NCBI RefSeq assembly: GCF_022045235.1
Contig: NW_027266341.1
Coordinates: 57,288,001 to 57,352,000 of the forward strand
From: Haliotis cracherodii
Taxonomy: Eukaryota
Reading direction: 5' to 3'
Length of the DNA: 64,000 nucleotides
Shown here: piece by piece, positions 62,332 to 64,000 of the stretch
Position numbering within the stretch: position 1 is the first letter of the stretch
Layout of the letters: each line of letters starts with the position of its first letter
Position numbers and translations under genes: made by a program
Notes under the pieces: model-generated
What the model was told of the DNA's origin: nothing
The model's input: only the letters and a program-made list of their open reading frames with translations
The model's database searches: none

Positions 62332-64000
62332 GTATTTTATACTGGCATGCACAGCAACCAGGACGCCATATAGTTTGATGTTGCACACCTCATGTTACAT
62401 GATACACCCTGCTCATGACATGTTTCTATGTTTACATTGTATGTAAGTAATATAAATAAATTATTCTTTTCTTGCCCGTACACGTGATTTAATCTATGAA
62501 TAGAACACAGGTTCTTCAGTTTATTTCTGATAACTAAAGATAACAGTACAACACAGCCTTATGAAATCTGGAATTGAGAAATCAGCCATTTTTATCAACT
62601 ACCGCGTTTCTGAATAATGTTTGGTACACTTCCGGTAATAATTCCACTTCGTTACACCACGAATCAATAAGAAGTTGACAAGCTGTTATCAACGCGCACA
62701 TACAACAAGGCGCCAAACTGCATTTGAATCATGATGGAATCAATTCATCAATAAACATCCATGAATTGACCCCCCTCAATCTTCAAGTTGGGATTGATCA
62801 CATTTATCACCTGTAATTAGCTGTAATGAGGGAAAAAGTTACTATGGGCTTGATCCTACTATGAGAAGGAGGATCATTATTTCTTGAGTTATAGCACTGG
62901 CGGTATTTGTTACGGAATCAAAGTCGAGGGAACAACAGCTCTTGATGAGGACAAACTTCCATTCTGTGTCAGCGCCAATACTTCAGACAGTTTAGTGTTG
63001 ACGTAGTTTCATTCAGATGTTCTCCAATCAATGTTCATTCATACATCTGTGGAGGCAGCTGATGCCCTTTCACGCTTGCTGGTATTGATGGCAACGAAAG
63101 TCATCTCCACTTCAATAACGGTTAACGCTGAACGTTGCAGAATAATCATCATCTGGGCCACATGACTCCTTGTCATTTTTTGTTTATTATGACAGATACA
63201 AATATGAACCTCTATTGCCTTGTGTTTTGTTCAGTGATTGTCGACTTCAAAGAATATCAAAGAAACTTGAAAATGAGAATATGAATACAATTGATTTAGT
63301 AATCTTTTCGCATACCCACCCTGGGGCTTTTGTTTTTCTCAGTGACAACGTTGTCTGGTTGATGTCTGTGTTTGAAACCACTTAATCAGTAAATTGCGTG
63401 ATGCCCATACCTATTTTATTCATTCTCCAGCATCGATGGGACTTCAAAGTTCCGAGTCATGCCTCTCCACTTATATCCTTAGCTATTCCTCTCCATTTCT
63501 TATAAAGTCCCTTTTTCCCAAAGGTTGGGTTCCTGTTGAAGCAGTTTGAAAAGGATCGGACTGAATCTTAGAATCGTATTGAGTTGGCGCTACACAGCAC
63601 TTGTGAACATACAATGGCTAAGATTAAAGATAATTTTTCCACTTAGAGAACAATGTTGTTATTTCCGCCATACTCCGATAGCTACATGGATGTATTATGA
63701 CATAACTGCCCACAACACGGGTCTTCATGATTTACTGTGGCAGTTGATTATTGCTCTTATATAGCTCTTTTGCTCTTTGCTCGTCTGTCTGTCTGTCTGT
63801 CTGTCTGTGCCTACAGACATTGTGTTAACATTGATATCACACATAGCATACACTATGTACACATTTCAGATTGAGTCATCCCGAAAGCCATCATTCAGAT
63901 ATTAGCTCATGTTTCACCTAAGTGGTTATGGGGCCTTTACACTGGATGGCAACCTTTGTGCCTCCCGTGTGCGACCATAGAATTTGCCAGGTCGTCGTTG

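Noticed and set aside
62560-63580. Degenerate coding-like sequence
   Set aside because: Multiple stops in all frames and no recognisable motif; possibly an old TE or pseudogene, but it cannot be called without a search.

Overview
Intron-rich, repeat-dense animal genomic DNA; the SINE/MITE repertoire suggests a mollusc, possibly a gastropod (inference). The left half (1-32 kb) is a cluster of four glycoside hydrolase family 27 genes (alpha-galactosidase/alpha-N-acetylgalactosaminidase-like). One is partial on the minus strand, head-to-head with three complete plus-strand paralogues that share internal exon sizes (175/175/95/162/198 nt) but differ at active-site residues; two of them share an exon-limited gene-conversion tract. 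The right half holds a 12-coding-exon LRRC74-like gene (LRRs plus two EF-hands) on the minus strand, 34443-54645. Its 8.2 kb intron contains an apparently intact antisense nested orphan gene (4 coding exons, 219 aa, basic/coiled-coil). That gene is preceded by a CRE-bearing inverted-repeat element and followed by a 22-copy 86/88-bp tandem array carrying an RFX X-box-like motif in each unit. The rest is four SINE families, several MITE families, a decayed mariner, an R4/Dong-like fragment, mini/microsatellites and one assembly gap. No rRNA, true tRNA or CRISPR array was seen. All gene models were spliced by hand from GT-AG sites and phase continuity; no searches were run.
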